From assembly GCA_030427205.1 (NCBI GenBank), contig JAUHXC010000011.1:236016-275942 (forward strand): 39,927 nucleotides of DNA, written 5' to 3'. The notes beneath the pieces were generated by a model. The model was not told the origin of the DNA. It saw only the letters and a program-made list of their open reading frames with translations, and ran no database searches. Source of the DNA: a bacterium. GTDB taxonomy: Bacteria; Myxococcota_A; Bradymonadia; UBA7976; UBA1532. How positions within the stretch are numbered: position 1 is the first letter of the stretch; each line of letters begins with the position of its first letter. Shown here piece by piece: positions 7,182 through 17,300 of the stretch. The position numbers and the translations under genes are program-made.

Positions 7182-7964
7182 TCAGGCGATCTTGGCGATG
7201 GTGAGGTAGCTGCGGGCGAGCCCGCCGAGGCTGCCGAGCAGCTCGGTGCCGACGCCGGTGGGGTTGGTGACGAGAACCTTGAGTTGGTGCCCGACGGCGA
7301 GGGTGACGAGGTCGAGAACGTGGCCGCCGTTGCTGCTCTGTGCCGCCTGACTCTTGCTGGTCCAGGTGGCGCCGTTGTCGGTGCTGATCTGGACCTCGAG
7401 CACCATCGGGGTCGAGGCGGTGCTGACCGATGCGTGGATCTGGTAGTCGCCGGCCTCGTCGGCGGGGCAGGTGAAGACGCCGGTCGCGGTGTCGTAGCCG
7501 GCGGCGACGTTCACGTCGGCGACGTCGCAGATCAGATCGGTCGAGTCGTTGTTGTTGATGTTGATCGGCAGCGCCCCGACCGACGCGCGAACCCGCACGG
7601 CCGCGGCGGCGGGCTCACCGGCCGGGCCGGCGGGGCCCTGGCCGCTCGCGGAGTGCCAGACGATGCGGTCGGGCAAGGGCTCCTCGACGAACTCCAGGGT
7701 CACCACGCCGTCGACGACGCCCAGGCTGCACACCTGGAACGTCTGGAGCGGCCGGTTCGACGTCCGGCCGATGACCCGGGTCGAGCCCGGGTGCAGGATC
7801 ACCTCGTCGGCGGGGTCCTCGTTGAACCGGATCTGGGTGATGGGCTGGTCGGCTTCGAGGTGAGCGATCAGGCCCAGGTAGAACTTGCGGGGGCCCGCCT
7901 CCTCCTTCACTTCGGGGTAGCCCATGCGCGAGGTGGCGATGCGGTTGTGCACGTTGGATGGCAT
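7182..7964 (-). CDS. Hypothetical protein with a short collagen-like GPAGPAGEP stretch and a C-terminal jelly-roll-like (C1q/TNF-like or tail-fibre-like) region. Tentative.
   Basis: ATG at 7964 with GGAGA RBS. The composition of the C-terminal 150 aa (…NINNNDSTDL…GATWTSKSQAAQSSNG…) resembles C1q-like domains. Similarity not verifiable here. Confidence 0.5.
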   Translation of the reverse strand: MPSNVHNRIATSRMGYPEVKEEAGPRKFYLGLIAHLEADQPITQIRFNEDPADEVILHPGSTRVIGRTSNRPLQTFQVCSLGVVDGVVTLEFVEEPLPDRIVWHSASGQGPAGPAGEPAAAAVRVRASVGALPININNNDSTDLICDVADVNVAAGYDTATGVFTCPADEAGDYQIHASVSTASTPMVLEVQISTDNGATWTSKSQAAQSSNGGHVLDLVTLAVGHQLKVLVTNPTGVGTELLGSLGGLARSYLTIAKIA

Positions 7965-7981
7965 CGGAATCTCTCCAGGTG

Positions 7982-8950
7982 TCAGACCACCCCGGCGTGA
8001 GCCAGGTGGCGATCGATGCGGCTGGTGACCTTGGTCTGGACCCGGGTCCAGGCTTTGGCGTCGGCGCCGCGGTTGTAGTAGCGGCGGAACCGGTTGGGGC
8101 CGGTGTGCCACAGGCGAACGCCACGGGCGGCGTCGCGGACGGTGCCCCCGCGCTTGCGCACGAGGCGCCAGAGCTGGGCGTAGTAGTCGATGGGGACGGC
8201 GATCTCTTCGGTCGCCGACCAGTCCCACGGCTGCCAATCGGCCGGGATGGGCGGCGCCTTCAAGCCGAGGTTGTCGAGGATGGCCAACTCGCGGCCCGCG
8301 TCTCGGTTCCACTGAAAGACGCCCCACGCAGTGATGAGCGGTGCGTCGCCTCGGGGTGCGTCCACCGGCGTGCAGAGCCGTCGCCGGTTGATCTTGGTGG
8401 TCCTGCAGGCCGCGTTGAAGTTGCGGGCCGGGACCGCGAAGGTCCCCCCTTCGCCCTCGGTCTTGGCCAGATGAACCATCGTCTTGACGAAGGACTCGCC
8501 GAGACCGGTCTGGCGGGAGACGTCGGCGATCGGCGCGAGCGCAGCGCCCGGCCTCGAAGCGTTGCGCACGCGCTCTGCCTTGAAGCCAGCTGGGCGTGCC
8601 TTGAAGCGCAGGCTGTAGATCCGGTTGGTGAGGGCCAACAGGCGCTTCGAGTCGAGCCCATCTACCCGCACGACGCCCTCGGGGCCCGAGGCGATCCCGA
8701 CGAGCGTCGGCAAGCCGGACGGCCGTCGACGCTTGTGCTTCGGGCCGTAGGGCTCGCTGGCATCGGGCGTGTAGCGGATCCGGCCGGGCACGGTCCGGGT
8801 CGGCGAGGTGGGCGGGCTCGGTATGAGCCGCGGTTCTGGCGTGGAAGCAGGACCAGCGACGGCCCGCCCGAGGGCCACAGCCCCCGCAGCGATCCCGGCG
8901 GCGGTCGCGATGACCACCCGTAGCCCATCTCGCCCATTCAGACCGGACAT
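7982..8950 (-). CDS. Secreted or membrane-anchored hypothetical protein (N-terminal hydrophobic segment).
   Basis: ATG at 8950 with GGGGAG RBS. N-terminal LRVVIATAAGIAAGAVALGRAVA. No recognisable catalytic motif. Confidence 0.55.
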   Translation of the reverse strand: MSGLNGRDGLRVVIATAAGIAAGAVALGRAVAGPASTPEPRLIPSPPTSPTRTVPGRIRYTPDASEPYGPKHKRRRPSGLPTLVGIASGPEGVVRVDGLDSKRLLALTNRIYSLRFKARPAGFKAERVRNASRPGAALAPIADVSRQTGLGESFVKTMVHLAKTEGEGGTFAVPARNFNAACRTTKINRRRLCTPVDAPRGDAPLITAWGVFQWNRDAGRELAILDNLGLKAPPIPADWQPWDWSATEEIAVPIDYYAQLWRLVRKRGGTVRDAARGVRLWHTGPNRFRRYYNRGADAKAWTRVQTKVTSRIDRHLAHAGVV

Positions 8951-9294
8951 GGGCTCCCCTGCGGGATCGGCGTGCTCTCCCCCGGCTCGACCCAGGCCAC
9001 CTCCAGCGTGAAGCGGGCCTTCTTCTGCGTCTGAGCCAGAAAGACCAGCCGCTCCCCGGGCAGAGTCACCGGCAGCGCGATCATCTGCGCCGCAGGCGCC
9101 AGACCCGCCTCCCACAGCACGGTCTTGCCCGCCTGCCCCCGCAGTTCGAGCCGCCCGGCCGGTGCCGCGTCGGTGCTCGTCGAGGCCCGCGCCGACCAGT
9201 GGTAGCCGGTCGACGACACCGGGACGACGCCGACCTCGACCCAATGGTCGGCCCCCGGCGCCCCGACCCGGTCCGCGGAGATGTGCGTGCGCAC
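8938..9294 (-). CDS. Small hypothetical protein (118 aa, GTG start).
   Basis: Fits the co-directional gene train with 1-nt spacing to the upstream gene. Weak support otherwise. Confidence 0.35.
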   Translation of the reverse strand: MRTHISADRVGAPGADHWVEVGVVPVSSTGYHWSARASTSTDAAPAGRLELRGQAGKTVLWEAGLAPAAQMIALPVTLPGERLVFLAQTQKKARFTLEVAWVEPGESTPIPQGSPCPV

Positions 9295-9295
9295 G

Positions 9296-9697
9296 TCAGC
9301 ACTCCGGGTCGGCGAAGATGGTCAGCTCGACCGTGTACGGCAGCCGCCCTTCGAGCACCTGCACCACGAAGTCGAACTTCGAGCCCGCCTTGAGCTTCAT
9401 CCCGGTGAAAGCGCACGGGTCGCCCGGCCGCTCGTCGGGCGGCACCAGATGCGAGAGCGGCGGCAGCAACTCCGTGCTCTCGTCGTAGGGCGACCAGTAT
9501 GGGCTGCCATAGCCACCCGTCGACTTGAGCCCGAGCCGACACACCCGCAGCCCGGCCGGGTCGTTGGTGTACGCCCGGACGGTGCGGATGGTCATGTCGA
9601 ACGGCACCGTAAACAGCGCCTTGCCGTCGCCGTTGGCGTCGCTGGCGATCACCAGCGGGTGGGAGACGCGCGGGGGTGGGGTGTACTCGACGGTCAT
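9296..9697 (-). CDS. Hypothetical protein (133 aa).
   Basis: ATG with GGAG upstream. Coding-like composition. No family recognised. Confidence 0.5.
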   Translation of the reverse strand: MTVEYTPPPRVSHPLVIASDANGDGKALFTVPFDMTIRTVRAYTNDPAGLRVCRLGLKSTGGYGSPYWSPYDESTELLPPLSHLVPPDERPGDPCAFTGMKLKAGSKFDFVVQVLEGRLPYTVELTIFADPEC

Positions 9698-9747
9698 GGC
9701 GACAGCTCCGATGCCTTCGACAGACGATCAGCGGTGAACCACCGGGC

Positions 9748-10671
9748 TCAGGTCCCGGTGGGCTTCTGGTAGTGCTTGCCGCGCAGGCTGATGCGGATGT
9801 TGTAGGCCTTGGTCAGCTCCAGCTCGGGGTCGGGGAACTCGAGCTGCATCTCGTGCCCCTTCTCGCCGCCCTTGAGGCTGAACAGCGGCGTCGACGACCG
9901 GAACGGCGGGCCAGAGAAGCGCACCCCCAGCTCGTTGCCCCCGCCGGCGGCCGTCAGCACCCCCGTCGTCGGCGGGCACTCGGCGATCCGGGCGAGGCTG
10001 ATCATGCTCGACCCGTTGCGATCGCCCCAGCGCACCAGCGCCTCACCGATGCCCCGCAGGTCAGCGGCGTTGGGCTCGCTGCGGTCGGCCGCCTGCACCT
10101 CGATCTCGATGCCGTGGCCGATGAACGTATTGCCGTCGGGCAGCGCGCCGCCGGTGATCAGGTTGGTGCGGTGGCGGTCGATGGGCACGTCGCTGCCGTA
10201 GGACGAACCCGGGTCGTCGATGCCCTTGTGAAACGCCTTGAGGCTGCGGACGGCCTGCCCGCTCATCGAGCGGATGCTGTCGCTGAGCACGCCCTGCTTG
10301 AGCGTCAGCACGGCATAGAGCGGGGTCGGGGTCTGCACCCGGCCGACGATGTCGTTGCGGGTCACCGGCGAGCGCCGGGGCAACTTGTACGCCTTGCATG
10401 CCTGCGTGCGCGCCTGCCGCCGCTGCAAGAGCCGGCGGATGACCTGACTCATCTGCTGCCGGCCCTTGTTGGCGCGCTTGAGCTTGCGGGTGACGAGCAC
10501 GCCTCGGTTGCCGGGCAGCTTGCGCAGCATCGGGGCGAACTTCTCGGCCAGATCACCCAGGTCTTCGCTGTCGGCGTCGAGCTGGTCCATCAGCCGTTCG
10601 AGGCGGTCGATATCAGCCTGATCGGCCTCGACGATGAGCGTCAGGTCCGGGTCATAGAGATCGGGGTCCAT
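9748..10671 (-). CDS. Hypothetical protein (307 aa) with an acidic N-terminus.
   Basis: ATG at 10671 with AAGGGAGA RBS. No recognisable motifs. Confidence 0.55.
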   Translation of the reverse strand: MDPDLYDPDLTLIVEADQADIDRLERLMDQLDADSEDLGDLAEKFAPMLRKLPGNRGVLVTRKLKRANKGRQQMSQVIRRLLQRRQARTQACKAYKLPRRSPVTRNDIVGRVQTPTPLYAVLTLKQGVLSDSIRSMSGQAVRSLKAFHKGIDDPGSSYGSDVPIDRHRTNLITGGALPDGNTFIGHGIEIEVQAADRSEPNAADLRGIGEALVRWGDRNGSSMISLARIAECPPTTGVLTAAGGGNELGVRFSGPPFRSSTPLFSLKGGEKGHEMQLEFPDPELELTKAYNIRISLRGKHYQKPTGT

Positions 10672-10711
10672 GGGTCTCTCCCTTCGGTGTGGGTCATGAG
10701 CCGCGGATGGC

Positions 10712-11365
10712 TCAGTACAGGTCCTCGTCGTCGTCCAGCTCGATGAGCGCGTCGCCCTCGACTTCGAGTGCGCCGACGGTCATCGCCTCCTCCTCGGTCT
10801 CGCGGTGGGCCTCGGCCAGATTCTTGAGCTTGTCGACCGCCCCGCGGATGTCGTCGTCGATCTGGTGGTCGAGCTGCTCGAGGTCGTCGACGCCCAGCTC
10901 GCCCGGCTTCTTGCGGGTGATCGCGCCCAGGCCCTGCGTCGCCCCGCTGTCGGGCCCGCTCTCCATGAAGTAGATGATCGCCAGGGTCCACGCGGAGACC
11001 CCCGACGCTTCGAGCCCGGCCGCCTCACGGTGCTTGCCGTGGTGGCGCGCGCGGCGGGCGAGCACCCCCGTGATGACGGTGAACGCCACCATCACCATGC
11101 CCCGCGAGGTGGGGCTCAGCTTGGCCCACCACTCGGCGCTGCCTCGACGGGCCATGCCTTCGAGCAGCCCGAGCGCCGCGGCCGAGAGACCCGCGCCGGC
11201 GAGCTTGAAGCCGATGCGGGCGGCCTCGCCCATGTCATTGCCATTGGCGACCACCAGACGGGCGGTCTCCTCCTTCTTCTTCGCCGGCGCCTTGTTCTTG
11301 GGCCGTTCCAACGTGCGCGACATCGCTGTCTCCTCGTCGCTGGGGTTGACGATGGTGGTGAACAT
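10712..11365 (-). CDS. Small membrane protein (2-3 TM segments) with an acidic C-terminal tail.
   Basis: Its ATG at 11365-11363 shares one nucleotide with the stop of the giant gene (TGATG). Hydrophobic segments AARIGFKLAGAGLSAAALGLL, MVMVAFTVITGVLA, AWTLAIIYFM. Confidence 0.6.
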   Translation of the reverse strand: MFTTIVNPSDEETAMSRTLERPKNKAPAKKKEETARLVVANGNDMGEAARIGFKLAGAGLSAAALGLLEGMARRGSAEWWAKLSPTSRGMVMVAFTVITGVLARRARHHGKHREAAGLEASGVSAWTLAIIYFMESGPDSGATQGLGAITRKKPGELGVDDLEQLDHQIDDDIRGAVDKLKNLAEAHRETEEEAMTVGALEVEGDALIELDDDEDLY

Positions 11366-14300
11366 CAGCTCGCGCTCCGGTAGCGATGGCGCACGGTGCC
11401 GATGACGGTGCGGGGCACGCCCGCGGGGACTCTGCGTTCGTTTGCGGCGTAGGCGCCGGTGAGATCTCGGGCGGTGAGGACTGCCGCGACAGCGTTGGTG
11501 CCGTCGGCGGCGATGACGATGCCAGCGTCCTGGACCAGCTCGGTCGCGCGGACATGGACCGCGTCGCCGCCGACCAGCTTGCGGTGGCGGGTCGGGCCCA
11601 TGCCGTTGTTCTCGACCTTGACGATGACCACCAGCGGGATATCGGGCGGCACCTTCTTCTGGAGCGCCTGGGCCGCGCTCATGCGCCGGGTCTGGTCGAG
11701 CCAGACGAGGCGCTGCGCGTGGTCGATGCCGAGCACGAGGTAGCTGCCGATGGGGGTCTGGGGCGGAAGCTGCATACCGTCTCCGTAGGGATCGGGGGCC
11801 ATCGCCCGGCTCTGCGGTCGGCGATGCGATGGGTTCGTGCGGGTGCGCTGCATGCCCGGTCGCAACGGGCGGCCCCACCACCACTTGCTGGTGTCGTCGC
11901 GCAGCGCGTACTTGTGCTCGTCGTTGGCGGCGAGGCGCAGCCAGCGCGCCCAGCCGGCCTGGGTCGGAGGCAGCAACACCGCCCCCTCGGGGGGCTTGCC
12001 GCCGCGCCGATGTATGTAGACCTCGCCGTTGAGGTCGAAGGGGAAGCGGGTCTCGGCGGGGCCGTAGTTGCTGCCGAAGTAGCTCGCCCGGATGCTGGCG
12101 ATCTCGGCCTTGGCGGTGGCCTCGACCCGGGGCCACGCGGTCTCCAGCCATGCGGGTGCCGCGTGGGACCAGCCCATGGCCTGCCAGCCGCGGTAGGGGT
12201 TGGCGATGGTGCTCTTGACCAGCCGCTCGACGCCGTCGGTCCAGTTGTCGGCGACGTCGGCGGGCCGCGTGGGCGAGACGTCGTCGTCCGTCTTGTCGCG
12301 CGCGACGTTGGCGACCTTGTGGCCCTCCCACGAGGCGTCCCCGGCGAGGCGCAGCCAGATCATGCGGTGCGTACCCTGCCAGCCGAACCGGCCGACCTCG
12401 TACCAGTCGTCATCCCAGCGCAGCCACGAGCCGGGGAACAGCGGCGGGGTGCCTTGCCGAGCGAGGATGTCGTGCGCGCCGGCCTTTCGCGCGGCGGCGA
12501 GCAGCCCGGCCCACGGCCAGATGTCGCGGTCGATGCGGGCCACGGCGTCGAACGCGGCGTCGGCGCCGGCCAGCAGCCGCTCGGCGCGCTCGGGGTCGAC
12601 GGCGTCGCGAGCCTCGACGAGCTGGCTCGCGCCCGATTCGAGCAGCTTGATCGCCCGCGCGGCTTCATCGGCGCGGCGCTTGGCCTCGGCAGCCGCCCGC
12701 AGCTTGTCCAGGCGCTTGCGGGTCTCGTCGGGCGTACGGCTGATGAGCAGCAGCACCTCGTCGGGGCCCAGCTCGAGATCTGCTCCCGGGTTGGCGATGG
12801 CGTCCGAGCCCTCCAACAAGGCGCCCATCCAGCCCTGCTTGCCCTGGATGAGGTTGAAGCGCAGCCCGTCCATTGATCGCCGCGAGAAGTAGTAGCGGAT
12901 GGCGACGGTCGAGAGCGTATTTCCCTGCCGTACCGCCCGCCCGTTGCGCTGGTTCAGCGTCGCCGGCTCCCACGGGAGATCGGCGTGGTGGATGGCGCAG
13001 GTGCGCGTCTGAAGGTCGAGGCCCTCGTAGGCGATGCTGTTGGCGATCACCACGTCCAGCTTGCCCTCGTTGAAGCGGTCGGCGATGCGCTGTCGGGCGT
13101 CGCTGCTCTTGGCGAGCTGGCCGTTGAGTACGCCGATGCGGCTCGCCTTCAAGCCACGCTTGACCAGCGTCTCCTTGAGCCATCGGTGCCCGGCGATGGC
13201 TTGTAGGAAGACTATGTGTCCGCAGAAGGTGTTGCCGGCGATGTAATCGGCGATGGCATCGAACTTCGGGCTGTTCGGCCGGTAGCCCTGCGCCGACTTG
13301 TAGTCGAGGCCCCGGTCCATCTCGGCGTGCACGGCTACCAGACCCATGCGCGCCAACAGGCCCAGCACCTTGTTCGACTTGTCACCCCGTCGCATCGCAT
13401 CCAGCTCGGCCTCGATGCGGGTGACGTAGGTCTCGTACTTGTCTTCCTGCGCCTCGTCCATGTCGACCTCGACCAGCTCGGTCGTGGGCTCGGGCACTTC
13501 GAGGCCGATGTCGGGGGGCTGGATGAACTCGCCCCAACGCAGCAGGATCGCCTTCAGCTCGTCGAGGCGCTGGAAGCCGGTCACCGCGGGGCGCTCGCTG
13601 GCCTCCATCGTGGCGTCGATGACGAGCCGCGGTTCGATCGTCAGGAAACGGCTGATGAACGCCTCGGGGTCGTGGATCCCGTGGTCGCGCCACAGCTCGC
13701 CGTTGACGTAGCTCCACAGGTTGTAGAGTTCGAGTGGGCTGTTCTTCGCGGGCGTCGCCGAGAGCAGCACGACGAAGCCGTCGCGGGCGCGGACGTCCCG
13801 GGCCCGGGCGTCCAGATTCCACGCGCGCTTGCTCGCCGATGACTGCCCCATGAACCGCGGGATGCTGCCCTCGCGGTTCTCCGGGCTGTGCAGGCCCTTG
13901 TAGTTCTGCGCTTCGTCGACGATGAGCAGATCGACGCCCAGCTCGGACCAGCGGATGTCATCGGCCTTCCAGCTCGGCGGCAGCTCCATCATCTGCGCCA
14001 GGAAGGCCCGCACGCCCTGCTCGAGCAGCGCCTGCTGCCGCTCGGATGGGTTCGTGCGGTTGCGCGCCGTGCGCTGGGCCAGCCGGACCGACCGCTGAAG
14101 CTCGGTGGCGCCGGCCGCCAGCCGCTCGAACTCGTCGGCGGTGATCCCGGTGCGCATGAACGCTGCGGGGGTGACGAGGGCCAAGTCGTAGAGCCCTGCG
14201 GCGAACCGGCGCCACTTCACCTCGCGGTCGTCCTTGTTGTCCGGCCCGTACTTCAGCCCGCCGTGCCGGCCTGGGGTCGCCTTCTCGCCGATGGTCACTA

Positions 14301-17300
14301 CTGCGTAGTCGGGCAGCGCCTTGTGGATGTCGCGCTGCCACTTCGACACGAGGCTGTTCGGGACCAGGATCACGGGCCGGCGAGTGCCCACGTTCTGTCG
14401 GGCGAGGGCGACCGTCGCGCAGGCGGTGAACGTCTTGCCAACGCCGACCCCGTAGGCCGCGACCATGCCCCGCTGGTCCACCGCGCGCCGGGCGCCCGCG
14501 TTCTGGTGGGGGTGGGGGGTGATCTGGGCGCCCCAGCGGGCGAGACGCAGCGGGTCGCCCGAGTAGCGGCGCTGCACGAACCCGCGGTGCGCTCGGCGAT
14601 ACGCCTCGGCCACGCGGTCGCGAATGTCGGGCCGGGTCGACAGGAACGCCTTGAACCGGCGCTCGAACTCGTCGGCCTTCGCCCGCCGGACCTTGTTGAT
14701 GTCCTCCGACTTGGGCTTCTTCGGCCGGAAGACGTACTCGTCGTGGTTGATGTAGCCCAAGATCAGCCGGATGGACGACGTGTTCGCGAACCGGTCCGTG
14801 ATGTCGTCGTAGCTGTACTTCTCGCCACGAAACTGAACGACGCCGTCCTTGCGGTCGATCGCGACCGGCGTCTTCTCACCACGCCGGAAGGAGCCCAGGA
14901 ACGCGCCGATGACGCCGAGCGGGAGCCACCCGTCCCGCAGGCTGATGCGGTCGGCGATGTCGGCGAAGCTCACGTCGCCGATCGCGTCCTCCAACTCCTT
15001 CCGCTGGCTGTCGGCAACGTGCCGATAGTTGCTGGGCAGGGCTTCGAGGCGATCGAGGCGCGTCCACAGGTTGCCGGACAGGTAGTCGTCGCGCGGCAGC
15101 AGGCGGTTGGCGTCCAGGCGCCAGCCCCTGCGCAGCAGATCGTCGACGTTGGCGACCCGGTCGAGGGGCACGCCGGCCGGGTGCATCGTGAGCAGTTGCC
15201 GGGCGTCGCTCACATCCAGCGCCAACTCGGGGATTCCGACCGGCGCTTCCAGCGTCGCCAGCCGCCGGCCGAAGATCTCGGCGAAGGCGTCGAGGGCGCC
15301 GGCGAGTTCGGCGTGCAGCATCATCCGCCGGGTCGTATCCGATGCCTCATACTGCGCCACCCGCTGCGACAGGACCGCGGCGAGCTGGCCCTCGTCGGGG
15401 CCCTTCGGCGGGGCCGGCGGGGGATCGGGCTCGGTCGGCAGGCACACCGCGCACGACGGATCGGCCACGGGCGCGATCAGGTGGCGCTCGCCGTCGGCGC
15501 GCTCGATGACCGTCGGCGCTGTGCCCGCGCCGAGCAGGAGCCGGCCAGTGCGCGCGCCGTTGAGCGCCATGCGCAGCCGGGGCAACTCGAAGGACCATTG
15601 GCCGCTCGCCGATCCCGGGGCGACCCGCGCGCCGCGGAGGAGGGTGCCGTCGAGCAGGAGCCGCACGCCGTCGACCTCGAGGGCCGCCGGGCTGGTCGTC
15701 ATCTTGCGCAGCCGGTTGAAGAGCGCGCCGAGCGGCGCCGGGTCGACGGTCGCCACCGGATCGGCTGGGCGCAGCAGCTCGGCAGGGTCGGGGTAGTCGA
15801 CATCGAGCGCCCGGCCATCGGGGTCGACCACCCGCATGGGGTCATCCTCGGCGCCGTGGGCGAGTTCGATGAGGTTCTGCCCGTCGGTCGCGAGCACCAG
15901 CCCGCCGCCGACGCGGATGCCACGCAGCACGGGATCATTGGGGTCGGTGAAGAACTTCGCCCGCTCGATGGCCGCCGCCAGATCGGGCGCGACCTGGCGC
16001 TCCATCTCCACGTCGCGCAGCCCGGCCGGCAGCCCTGCCTTGCGCGGCTTGCGCGGCTTCCACGCCCGGCCACTGTCCATCTCCAGGTTCGCGAACCCAG
16101 GCGCGAGCGTCTTCTTCGGCTGCGGCTTCGCCGGGCCCTCGTCGTCGGACTCGATCGAACGGCGCGAGATGATGGGGCGTCCGGCCACTTCGACGAGCTG
16201 CTCGACGTCGCTGAAGCGCATCGGCGCGACCATGTGCCGCTCGCCGTCGGCCCGGTCGAGGACCAGCAGGTGGTTGCCCCACTCGATCCCGCGCTCGGTA
16301 TCGCGCCCGAGCACCCGCACGGTGACCGACCCCTTGGCCTTGGCGAACATCGGCCGGAGGTAGGCCCGATCGAGCTTGGTCAGCAGGTTGGCCCCGCGCG
16401 CCGGCCCGATGTGCCGCTGCAGCCGCTTGTTCGCCGCCGAGCCGGGCTCGACGTAGAGCTGCCCGTCATGCACCCGCCAGATGGGGTCGCTGGTCAGCGC
16501 CTTGTTCAGCAGCGCGTCCCGCAGCGCCTTCACGTCGGCGGTGGCGACGACCGCAGGCTCCATCTCCTCGATCCGCTGCAACAGATCGACGGTCATGTTC
16601 TGGTCGGCGGTCGGCCAGCCCTCGGCCAGCTTGCCCTTGCGATCGAGCCACTGCTGCTCGCCCCGGTGATCCGTCGGGATCTCGACCAGCCGCACCATGC
16701 TGCGCCCGATGGCCCGACCCTGCGTATGCCAGACCGTCGTCAGCAGCGGCGCTGTCTTCTGCGTGCCCGCGAACCGCACCGCCCGGCGCTGCGCGGCGGC
16801 CTTCGACTGCCGCGGCCGGCTCTCGTCGATCGGCGGCATCTTCGGCGCCGGCAGGGCGATCGGCTCCACCGGAGGCAGCAGCCCGCGGTCGTCGCGCTCG
16901 GAGACCCCGAAGCGCACCTCAGCGACCTCGACCCCGTGGCGCCGGGCGTGGCGCTCGAACGCCTCCTGAACGCGCTCGGTGACCATGTGCGGCGCGGGGT
17001 AGGCCTCCCGGACCTCGATGACCCACGGCCCACGGTGGAACCCGGCCAGGACCTGCATCGCCCCGTCGAGGTTGAGCGCCTGCGGCTGGAGTGTCGACGC
17101 ATCGAACAGCGGGATGACGTCGCTCGACCCCGCCCGCCACGCGAATACGCCTCGGCCGGGCGGCACCGTCGGCTCGCCACCCGACTGCACAGGCTCGACC
17201 GGCTGCGCCATCTCGAAGCGCAGCGCCTCCGCAAACCGCTTCACGTCGCCGGGCCCGCCGCCCGTCTTCTCCATATGCGCTGTCGCGACGGCTTGCGCCG

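Noticed and set aside
10712-12331. 539-aa version of the small membrane-protein gene.
   Set aside because: The N-terminal 320 aa overlap the 3' end of the giant gene out of frame and are poly-Arg. The ATG at 11365 gives a TGATG junction with the giant-gene stop.
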